Assembly: GCA_017858325.1 (NCBI GenBank)
Contig: JAFMBT010000002.1
Coordinates: 30,800 to 94,799 of the forward strand
Length of the DNA: 64,000 nt
Direction: 5' to 3'
DNA from: Candidatus Planktophila sp.
GTDB lineage: Bacteria; Actinomycetota; Actinomycetes; Nanopelagicales; Nanopelagicaceae
The translations under genes were made by a program, and so were the position numbers. Position 1 is the stretch's first letter. Each line of letters begins with the position of its first letter. This document shows, piece by piece, positions 28,561-36,476 of the stretch. The notes under the pieces are model-generated. The model was not told where the DNA came from and did no database searches. It saw nothing but the letters and a program-made list of their open reading frames with translations.

Positions 28561-29457
28561 ATGGAGCGCGGCGTATATTCCGTAATTCAAACCCCACTAG
28601 ATGAATACGACAATATTGATCATGTTGTTTTGGAACGAGAGATCAACTGGGTCATTCAATGTGGTGTTAAAGGTTTAGTTCTAGCCATGGTTTCCGAGGT
28701 AATGAGATTTAGCGCAGAGGAACGTCGTATTCAATGGCAATCAGTTCTGAAGATAATTGATAAACGTCTGCCGCTGATTGTGAGCGTTGGCGGCGAGAGT
28801 ACTGCGATAGCGGTAGGGCTAGCGAAATTAGCCGAGGCAGATGGAGCCACAGCTTTAATGGCTACTCCACCATCTAACTTCCCTGCAACTTCAGAGGAAA
28901 TCTTTAAGTATTACTCTTCTATATTAGCCGCAACAAAAATACCTCTGATTGTTCAAGATGCTAGTAACTATATGGGGCAACCGCTTGACCTTGAATTATA
29001 TGGAAGATTGATAGATCAATATGGAACAGATCGAGTTCAATTCAAACCAGAGGCAAAACCGATAAAGGATAGAGCGATTGCGCTTCAGAAAATTGCAGGG
29101 GGCCGAGCAAAGATTTACGAAGGACAGAGCGGTCTAGAATTAATGGAGACGTACCCCGTCGGCTTGGCTGGCACTATGCCAGGAGGTGAGATTCCTTGGG
29201 CTCTAGTAAAACTCTGGGATTCACTTGAGGCAAATGATCTAGAAAAAGCTAGAAAAATTCATAGCGTAATTGCGGAATTGGTTGGGTATCAAAAAACTAT
29301 AGATGGATATGTGGCTGTTGAAAAGTACTTACTTGTGAAACAGGGGATATTTACCTCTACTCGCCAGCGCGGTCCTGTAAATACAATCTTGAGTGATGAG
29401 GTAAAGAAAGAGATTGATAAAGTCTTTGCGGATTTGCAGGAAGTTACTCGGGACTGA
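28561..29457 (+). CDS. DapA/N-acetylneuraminate-lyase family class I aldolase (candidate 2-keto-3-deoxy-sugar-acid aldolase)
   Basis: It has TIM-barrel DHDPS-family features (GVKGLVLAMVSEV, ATALMATPP, IPLIVQD). The ATG at 28561 is preferred over the listed GTG at 28552. Confidence 0.65.
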   Translation: MERGVYSVIQTPLDEYDNIDHVVLEREINWVIQCGVKGLVLAMVSEVMRFSAEERRIQWQSVLKIIDKRLPLIVSVGGESTAIAVGLAKLAEADGATALMATPPSNFPATSEEIFKYYSSILAATKIPLIVQDASNYMGQPLDLELYGRLIDQYGTDRVQFKPEAKPIKDRAIALQKIAGGRAKIYEGQSGLELMETYPVGLAGTMPGGEIPWALVKLWDSLEANDLEKARKIHSVIAELVGYQKTIDGYVAVEKYLLVKQGIFTSTRQRGPVNTILSDEVKKEIDKVFADLQEVTRD

Positions 29458-29458
29458 T

Positions 29459-30433
29459 TTAGTGAAGATTGATTGGCGCAATAAGGCCAGCGCTTTCCAT
29501 TTCGCTCCAGAGATTTGCGGGGAGCTCGGCATTAAAGGATGCAATATTGGCCTTGAGTTCAGTGAGGGAAGCGGCGCCAGTAAGTACTGATGCCACCGCT
29601 GGATGACGTAACGGAAATTGCATCGCTGCATCAGTAAGTGAAGTTCCAAAATCTTGTAGAAACCTATCTATTGCACGTGCTCGTTCCAAAATCTCTGGTG
29701 ATGCGGGTTCATAGTCATAGTGTGCGCCGGCAACTGGGTTAGCTAAGACGCCTGAGTTAAAGACACCAGCGGCAATAATTGAAATGTGCTTCTTGAGGGC
29801 TAGCGGATAGAGCACATCCTGTGCGCTCTGATCGAGCAGAGTAAAACGTCCAGCAATGAGGGCGATATTGAGATCGGTATCTTGCATAATTGAAATCGCA
29901 GGGGGGCACCAATTCATACCGATGCCGATAGCTTTAAGGAGCCCTTCTTCGCGCATCTTATCTAGTTCGGGATAGACAACATTGATGGCCTGCGAAACCC
30001 ACTCGTCTGCATCATGGATGTAGACAATTTCAATTGAGTCTCGCCCTAATCTACGCAGGCTCTCTTCCAGAGATTTTCTGATTCCCTTTGCAGAGTTATC
30101 AATATAAATTTCAATGGTGGGATCAGAGTCGGGGTATTTATCCTGCTCTTGATTCATACCAGGTCGAAATAAGCGTCCTACCTTTGTCGATAACGTTGGT
30201 TGCCGGAGATGCCCTTTGATGCCACGTCCAACGCGTACTTCACCCACACCGTATCCGTAAAGGGGAGCGGTATCGATGTAGTTAATTCCAGCCTGAAGAG
30301 CGTGGTGAATTACGGCATCACTTTCACTCTCAGCTACCTTCTTGAATAGTCCTCCAAGGGGTGCGGTACCTAAACTTAAGCGCGAGACCTGTACATCGGT
30401 GCCATGGATTGAAACTAATTCTGAGTGGCTCAT
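29459..30433 (-). CDS. aldo/keto reductase (candidate L-fucose / D-threo-aldose 1-dehydrogenase)
   Basis: It has AKR hallmarks (LGTAPLGG, INYIDTAPLYG, YIHD) at 324 aa. The substrate is inferred only from neighbours. Confidence 0.75.
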   Translation of the reverse strand: MSHSELVSIHGTDVQVSRLSLGTAPLGGLFKKVAESESDAVIHHALQAGINYIDTAPLYGYGVGEVRVGRGIKGHLRQPTLSTKVGRLFRPGMNQEQDKYPDSDPTIEIYIDNSAKGIRKSLEESLRRLGRDSIEIVYIHDADEWVSQAINVVYPELDKMREEGLLKAIGIGMNWCPPAISIMQDTDLNIALIAGRFTLLDQSAQDVLYPLALKKHISIIAAGVFNSGVLANPVAGAHYDYEPASPEILERARAIDRFLQDFGTSLTDAAMQFPLRHPAVASVLTGAASLTELKANIASFNAELPANLWSEMESAGLIAPINLH

Positions 30434-30445
30434 CGTGGAGATAAC

Positions 30446-31639
30446 CTAGTGGGCGTTGATAAATCGTTCGGTGGTCTCAACTGTGGTCTTATACATGCGA
30501 GAGAGTGAGAACTCGTGGTGTCCACCAAGCTCAGCTTTAGTCTCTTGCCCATTAGCGACAGCGAGAATTTCATTAAATATGCGATCACCAACTTGCGCCA
30601 GAGTTTCAATACCATCTGCGATAGTGCCGGCATCTAGATCGATTAAATCTGGAATTGCTTCATACATCGGAGTATTTGTCGAAACCTTAATGGTCGGCAT
30701 AATCGCTGATCCCGTTGGCGTTCCTCGCCCTGATGTGAAGACAACGATATTGATATGACCTGCGCCAAAACCTGCTAACTGTTCGATGTCATGGCCAGGA
30801 GTATCCATAAAGTAAAGTCCAGACGTTTTTGGTCGCTCCCCAAATTCCAAGACGCCTGTTAAAGGCGCATTACCCGCTTTTTTAGCTGCACCAAGTGACT
30901 TCTCTTCTAGCGTTGAGAGCCCACCTTCAATATTTCCGCGCGATGGTTGAGCACCGCGAATATCAATACCTTCATAATTAATCGAAGCCTCATAGCGCGA
31001 AACCATTGCCACAATTCGTTTACCAACCTCAGGATCAATTGCACGTGCCGCTAGTAGATGTTCTGCACCTAAAATTTCAGTTGTCTCGCCAAGTACTGAC
31101 GTTGCTCCCAATTCAACTAAGCGATCACTGGCTACACCGAGTGCGGGATTGGCGGTGATTCCAGAGAGCGCATCTGAACCGCCGCACTCTAGACCTAGAA
31201 CGAGAGCGCTCCAAGGAGCAGGAACTCGCTTCTCTTGAGCGGCATCGGCGCAATACTGATTGGCGATTTCAATCGCCTTTACGCGCAGCCCTTCCATCGA
31301 GCCGATCTCTGGAAGTGCGACATTGGTGAAGCGCTTTAGCCCAAGCGCCTGCGCGCTAGCGATAATTTCACTTTCATTATCTGAACCAACAGTAAGAAAG
31401 ACGACTGCAAAATTATTAGGATTAGCGGCATAACCACTGAAGGTAAAGATGATACGCGGTAGATCGTTATCAATTTCACCCGACCAGTCGTGGCTAATCG
31501 CAACTGCGCCATGAGAACCATCGGCGATCGCACGAGCAGTTGCTGAAAGGGCTGAATGAAGAGGCAAGATCAAGACGTGGTTACGAAGACCCCACTGTCC
31601 GTTATCGCGCTTAAATGCCCTTAGCTCACTACTCATCAA
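30446..31639 (-). CDS. UxaA/GarD-family sugar-acid dehydratase, large subunit
   Basis: It has GLRNHVLILP near the N-terminus and the GLECGGSDALSGITANPALG motif of the altronate/galactarate dehydratase C-terminal domain. Confidence 0.75.
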   Translation of the reverse strand: MMSSELRAFKRDNGQWGLRNHVLILPLHSALSATARAIADGSHGAVAISHDWSGEIDNDLPRIIFTFSGYAANPNNFAVVFLTVGSDNESEIIASAQALGLKRFTNVALPEIGSMEGLRVKAIEIANQYCADAAQEKRVPAPWSALVLGLECGGSDALSGITANPALGVASDRLVELGATSVLGETTEILGAEHLLAARAIDPEVGKRIVAMVSRYEASINYEGIDIRGAQPSRGNIEGGLSTLEEKSLGAAKKAGNAPLTGVLEFGERPKTSGLYFMDTPGHDIEQLAGFGAGHINIVVFTSGRGTPTGSAIMPTIKVSTNTPMYEAIPDLIDLDAGTIADGIETLAQVGDRIFNEILAVANGQETKAELGGHHEFSLSRMYKTTVETTERFINAH

Positions 31640-32454
31640 ACGCTCCTGACAACTCGTGGTGCGCGAATCTCACCACTTTTGTTTCGCTCGGCGACAGTCT
31701 GGCTACCAGCTGCCACTTGTGCAATCAAGGGAAGAATCTCGGCAATCAGGTTACTTTCTTGAATATCGAAATCGCCTGTGATCGCTTGGTGTAAAAATCC
31801 GCTGCTGGCCACGTTAATTACAGGTATCAATGGAAATCCAGATGCGGGCTGTGAATCATCCGGAAAGCTCACAATGATATGAGCCTTCTCTTGCGCCAGA
31901 CGAGTGAAACTTTCTGCAGAGCTAAATTCTGACTGTGATGTAATGACCTCATAACCGGCATCGTGCAATAACTTTTCAAGAGCAACTAACTCTTTCACCG
32001 GACGAGCTAGATCAATCCCAACACGCAGATGTTGAATTTCGGTAGAGGTTGCCGGATAAGCGTCGTTAAGTTCACCCGCTGCCTTCACTCCGGCAGCGAC
32101 AGTACCCTCCACTCCACCACTCTCTTGAATAATGCGATACTGCGTTGATTCATTGCTCTGAAGTAATTTAGCGGCTAACTCTTGCCCCTGAATAGTCTCG
32201 CAGCCAAGCGCGATAACAAGAACCGAATTCACATTTGGGTGATCTGCTAGTTGAATAAAGAAGTTATCAATTCCAGCGACATCTTCTCCGATGATGCCGC
32301 AACCGTGCTGGTGTGCGAAGGTAACTCCCTTAACTGCTTCAGCAATACGACGCGCAACATGAGTTGAGCAGACTACCGACGGAAGAATGAGTTGATGGTT
32401 ACGAATACCGACGCCGCGGTTACCGTGGCTAAATCCGGTTGTTACAGGACTCAT
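31636..32454 (-). CDS. UxaA-family 'second-domain' paralog (extra subunit)
   Basis: GIRNHQLILP, HQHGCG and ALGCETIQG align with the N-terminal half of the adjacent large subunit. It overlaps both neighbours by 4 nt. Confidence 0.6.
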   Translation of the reverse strand: MSPVTTGFSHGNRGVGIRNHQLILPSVVCSTHVARRIAEAVKGVTFAHQHGCGIIGEDVAGIDNFFIQLADHPNVNSVLVIALGCETIQGQELAAKLLQSNESTQYRIIQESGGVEGTVAAGVKAAGELNDAYPATSTEIQHLRVGIDLARPVKELVALEKLLHDAGYEVITSQSEFSSAESFTRLAQEKAHIIVSFPDDSQPASGFPLIPVINVASSGFLHQAITGDFDIQESNLIAEILPLIAQVAAGSQTVAERNKSGEIRAPRVVRSV

Positions 32455-32729
32455 GGCTTCTCCGTTGATAGTCGATCACCAAGAATATTGTGCACATGTA
32501 CATGCTCACCCACTGCAATAGGAGCTACCGCATGGCCCATACGTTCGCCATATTTGATGATGCCTTCTCCTTTAGCAATTTCCTTAGAGGCAATTTTATG
32601 ACCACGCGCTATACGGTTGATGACTTTAATTTTGATATTGTCTTGCTCGATAAGATCTCCAGCTTCTAGATCAACTAAGCAGACTGCCACATTGTCGCGA
32701 GCATCTAGAATCAAAAGCTTTCTCATCAC
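32451..32729 (-). CDS. UxaA-family small subunit (SAF domain)
   Basis: It is 92 aa, with DNVAV....L..GD and IARGHKIA typical of SAF/altronate dehydratase N-terminal domains. Confidence 0.7.
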   Translation of the reverse strand: MMRKLLILDARDNVAVCLVDLEAGDLIEQDNIKIKVINRIARGHKIASKEIAKGEGIIKYGERMGHAVAPIAVGEHVHVHNILGDRLSTEKP

Positions 32730-32779
32730 GGCTAAACCCTATCGAATTCTGCTGTTATCACAAGATTCTTCTTATCTGG

Positions 32780-34099
32780 CTAATTAAAGGCAACAACAGT
32801 TGGCCCTTCGACCCTAGGGGTAGCAACTGTCATTGAAATCTTGGAGCCGTTGCGTGTGACTGCAATTGCTTCACCACCAAGGACTGTTGCACTCTTGATA
32901 TCGATCGCGCTCTCTGGAGCATCAAATTGAACTGAACCTATGGCATCAATTATTGCGTAGCGCTTCTTACCGTGAGCAGTCCAGCGAATCCAAGGAGAAT
33001 CAGATGGCTTAACATCTGCAGCAACACGAGAAGCGTAAATCGCCTCCTTATTTATTGCCAACCATGCTCCAATACCTTCCAACACTTTCTTTTGGAATGC
33101 AGGAATCTCTCCATCACTTGTTGGGCCAATATTAAGTAGGAGGTTTCCTCCGCGAGAGACAATATCGATAAGGTGATGCTGTGCAGCATTGACACTCATG
33201 TAATGTTTTTCATCTTCAATATGGTTATACCCAAATGAAAGTCCGATACCACGACAGTTTTCCCAAGCAGCACTCGCTTCGTTAGCAAGTGAACTTTGAT
33301 ACTCACTTGTCTTGAAATCAGAGTGAGATACTCCCCAGCGATCGTTGATTACGCCATGTGGGACAGTCTTATAAAAATGATCAAAGATTGCGGCGAGTGA
33401 GTAAGCTCCCTCACGCTTTGCAAAATCTGGATATTCGATATCTCCCCAGAGGAGATCTGGTTTATAGCGATTAATTAGATCTGTAATGTGTTGATAGCAG
33501 TACATGGCATATGCAGCATCACGTGGTCGCAATACTCGAACGTCTTCAAGAGTTCTTATTGGAGGGAGGTTATCAATGCTCCAATCCAAGCCACCTGAGT
33601 AGTAGACCCCAAATCTGATTCCGACCTTGCGAACAGCATCGCTAATTGCGGCAACAAGGTCGCGCTTTGGGCCACGAGCGACCGTATTACGTGTTCCGGT
33701 ACCGGGTGCATCCCATAATGCAATTCCGTCATGGTGCTTAGTGGTTGGAATTACATACTGCGCGCCAGCTTTTGCAAAAAGTGCCGCCCAATCGTCTGGA
33801 TTAAACTTGCTCGCCTTCCATTGATCTAAGAAATCGTCATATGGTGCACCACCATAAACTTCTTCTTGGTGTCTCTGCGCGGGAGAACCTTCAATTCGAA
33901 TCGTGTTGTAATACCACTCTGAATATGGATTATGTGCCATCCATACATTGCCATCTACTGTTCCTAGCTCACCCGTTGGCTCTGCCCATGCAGGTACAGA
34001 GTAAGCACCCCAGTGAATGAATACTCCAAATTTCGCATCAGTAAACCAGCTAGGAACAGGACGTTCAAAACGTTTGAATACTTCTAAAGCTTCAGTCAT
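32780..34099 (-). CDS. alpha-L-fucosidase (GH29)
   Basis: It has WFTDAKFGVFIHWGAYSVPAW and TKHHDGIALWD, which are GH29 signatures. Confidence 0.85.
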   Translation of the reverse strand: MTEALEVFKRFERPVPSWFTDAKFGVFIHWGAYSVPAWAEPTGELGTVDGNVWMAHNPYSEWYYNTIRIEGSPAQRHQEEVYGGAPYDDFLDQWKASKFNPDDWAALFAKAGAQYVIPTTKHHDGIALWDAPGTGTRNTVARGPKRDLVAAISDAVRKVGIRFGVYYSGGLDWSIDNLPPIRTLEDVRVLRPRDAAYAMYCYQHITDLINRYKPDLLWGDIEYPDFAKREGAYSLAAIFDHFYKTVPHGVINDRWGVSHSDFKTSEYQSSLANEASAAWENCRGIGLSFGYNHIEDEKHYMSVNAAQHHLIDIVSRGGNLLLNIGPTSDGEIPAFQKKVLEGIGAWLAINKEAIYASRVAADVKPSDSPWIRWTAHGKKRYAIIDAIGSVQFDAPESAIDIKSATVLGGEAIAVTRNGSKISMTVATPRVEGPTVVAFN

Positions 34100-34208
34100 G
34101 CCTATAGGTTAGAGGAGATAGTCTCACTATGCACTTAGTTGCTTGATTTATATTATTTTTTGTAACTTAATAAATAATATGTGGTGCTTAATTCGGTAAT
34201 ATACGGAC

Positions 34209-35324
34209 ATGGCAAAGAAGTTAATCGTTCACGCTGGTTTTCATAAGACTGGAACCACAGCTCTGCAATCTACCTTTTTTGCAAACATAAATGCGTTAAT
34301 TAAATTTGGTATCTACTACCCACAAGTTGGTGGAAAAGCTCATCATAAAGCCATCTATTCCTTAATGGGAAAAACTTGGGGATGGGAAGACCGAGGAGGA
34401 GTAACAGCTACTGACAAAAAATGGAAAAACCTTGTAAGGCAGGTAGGTAAGATAAAGAAGACTGCCTTGATTAGCTCAGAATTCCTTTGTGAGTTAAATG
34501 AAGAACAAATCACTAAGTTTAGGAAAGAACTCAATGTAGCTGATACTCATATCTACTTCACGATAAGACCACTACTAAAAATTATCCCATCTGCATACCA
34601 GCAACATTTAAAGATTGGCATTAAGAGCGATTACGAAAAATGGCTACATTCAATTCTTGATGAACCTGGCGTATCGACAATTACTCCTTCCTTTTGGGTC
34701 AGACACACCCACGCCAAAGTAATTAGCAAATGGATTGCTGAATTCGGAGCTGATCGGGTCACACTTATTGTGGTCGATGAAGCTCAACCTGATATCTTGT
34801 ATGACACCTTTAGTGAACTGCTTGGATTACCAAGTAAATTCTTGAAGAAGCAAGAGAATCAAGATAGTAATCGTTCGCTATCGCTTAATGAGATCACTAT
34901 GCTAAATCGAATAAATCGACAGTTTCCAAAGCGTCGCAGTTGGCATGATTACGAAACTTTTATCCGCAACGGTGCAATTAAGTATTTAACAAACAAAGTT
35001 GAACCAGCTCAAGATGATTTACGTTTGCTAACTCCGCAATGGGCAGTAGATAAAGCAAAAGAGATCTCTGCTAATAGTGTCGCAGATATAAGGAAATTGG
35101 GTATTAACATTATTGGCGACCTAGATAGTTTTGAAGATGCTAAGGTGCTAATTGGAGATAATCCAGCAATCAAGATGATTCCAGTAGACCTAGCGGCGCA
35201 GGCGCTAATAGCCCTAGATCTACGCGTCGTCGAGACATTTCCAAAAAAATGGATACTGCAAAAATTGTGGAAAATGACGAAGCGAGATACCAAGAAATGG
35301 TTAAAGCAGGTGGTTAAGAAATAA
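34209..35324 (+). CDS. sulfotransferase-like protein, paralog 1 (uncharacterised family)
   Basis: It has a 5'-PSB-like loop (HKTGTTAL, residues 12-19) and a 3'-PB-like R-x7-S-x-Y motif (RPLLKIIPSAY, residues 120-130). It has a Lys-rich C-terminal tail. It is adjacent to a dedicated PAPS-synthesis operon. Confidence 0.55.
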   Translation: MAKKLIVHAGFHKTGTTALQSTFFANINALIKFGIYYPQVGGKAHHKAIYSLMGKTWGWEDRGGVTATDKKWKNLVRQVGKIKKTALISSEFLCELNEEQITKFRKELNVADTHIYFTIRPLLKIIPSAYQQHLKIGIKSDYEKWLHSILDEPGVSTITPSFWVRHTHAKVISKWIAEFGADRVTLIVVDEAQPDILYDTFSELLGLPSKFLKKQENQDSNRSLSLNEITMLNRINRQFPKRRSWHDYETFIRNGAIKYLTNKVEPAQDDLRLLTPQWAVDKAKEISANSVADIRKLGINIIGDLDSFEDAKVLIGDNPAIKMIPVDLAAQALIALDLRVVETFPKKWILQKLWKMTKRDTKKWLKQVVKK

Positions 35325-35370
35325 CTTAGCGAACCCATCTTGGGTGCGCACATAATTAATCAGATCAGTA

Positions 35371-35515
35371 CGGGGTGGCGGGCAATCGGAGTGCCTGGCT
35401 GCCAACGAGGTAGGGTTTCATCACCTTCGGGGGTTCAAATCGACGCGATTCTGCGCCCCTTCACCCTAACGTAGAACTTATGACAACTCTTCGGCCTTAA
35501 TTGGCTCGGATTTTT
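35371..35515 (+). promoter_or_regulatory. GC-rich candidate structured leader plus terminator-like hairpin upstream of cysD (class unknown)
   Basis: Nt 35371-35460 are about 63% G+C by hand count, within an AT-rich intergenic region. G-runs could pair with the CCCC at 35457-35460. A hairpin at 35492-35509 (CGGCC-TTAATT-GGC(T)CG) is followed by TTTTT at 35511-35515. Confidence 0.3.
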
Positions 35516-35570
35516 CAATTATACTACTGTTTCACAAAGTTTTATTAGGTTACACGCCTATAATTCACCA

Positions 35571-36476
35571 ATGAAAAGTTCCTCGGAGATTCTCAAAGCT
35601 CTAGAGAATGAATCTATAGAAATTCTGAGAGAGACCGCCGCTGCCTTTAGAAAGCCGGTCCTCCTTTATTCGATCGGTAAAGATTCTGCCGTTCTCCTAC
35701 ACCTTGCGATGAAAGCCTTTCACCCCGCCCAAATTCCATTTCCAGTTTTGCATATTGATACCACTTGGAAATTTAAAGAGATGATCTCTTTTAGAAGTGA
35801 AATGGCCGCCAGATACAATTTAAATTTGCTGGTGCATACCAATAAAGATGGTGTTTCCCAAGGAGTCACTCCCTTCAATACGGGTATATCGGAGTACACC
35901 AGAATTATGAAGACTGTTGCACTTAGGCAAGCTCTTGATGCAAACACCTTTGATGCAGCAATTGGTGGTTCTCGTAGAGATGAAGAGCGTAGCCGCGCCA
36001 AGGAGCGAATCTTTAGTGTCCGCGAATCAGGTCACAGGTGGGATCCGCGAAATCAACGCCCTGAACTCTGGCGAACATATAACCCAAAGATTACAAATGA
36101 ACAGAGTATGCGAGTTTTTCCTCTATCAGATTGGACTGAGCTAGATATTTGGAGTTATATACTTGAAAACGATGTGCCAGTTAACCCGCTCTATTTCGCA
36201 AAAGAACGCCCAGTAGTTTTTAGGGGCGAACAAATGATTATGATTGACGATGATCGATTCCCACTAATCAACGGTGAAAAGCCAGTTATGAAGCAAATTA
36301 GATTTAGAACCCTTGGCTGCTATCCATTGACAGCGGCCGTTGAGTCATCTGCATCAAACGTAGTTGAAATTGTTGAAGAAGTTATGAATGTAAAACTAAG
36401 CGAGCGAGCAACACGTTTAATTGATGGTGAAAAAGAAGATTCAATGGAGAAGAAAAAGACTGAAGGCTACTTCTGA
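35571..36476 (+). CDS. cysD: sulfate adenylyltransferase subunit 2
   Basis: It has the PP-loop [12 protein letters not shown], and its length and C-terminus (KKKTEGYF) are typical of CysD/NodP. Confidence 0.9.
   Translation: MKSSSEILKALENESIEILRETAAAFRKPVLLYSIGKDSAVLLHLAMKAFHPAQIPFPVLHIDTTWKFKEMISFRSEMAARYNLNLLVHTNKDGVSQGVTPFNTGISEYTRIMKTVALRQALDANTFDAAIGGSRRDEERSRAKERIFSVRESGHRWDPRNQRPELWRTYNPKITNEQSMRVFPLSDWTELDIWSYILENDVPVNPLYFAKERPVVFRGEQMIMIDDDRFPLINGEKPVMKQIRFRTLGCYPLTAAVESSASNVVEIVEEVMNVKLSERATRLIDGEKEDSMEKKKTEGYF

Noticed and set aside
35428-35441. T-loop-like GGGGGTTCAAATC suggesting a tRNA, tmRNA fragment or second att scar in the cysD leader
   Set aside because: The sequence after TTCAAAT (CGACG) cannot pair with the G-run to form a T arm. 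No acceptor or anticodon arms can be drawn, and there is no matching repeat elsewhere in the window. It is kept only as part of the unclassified leader.
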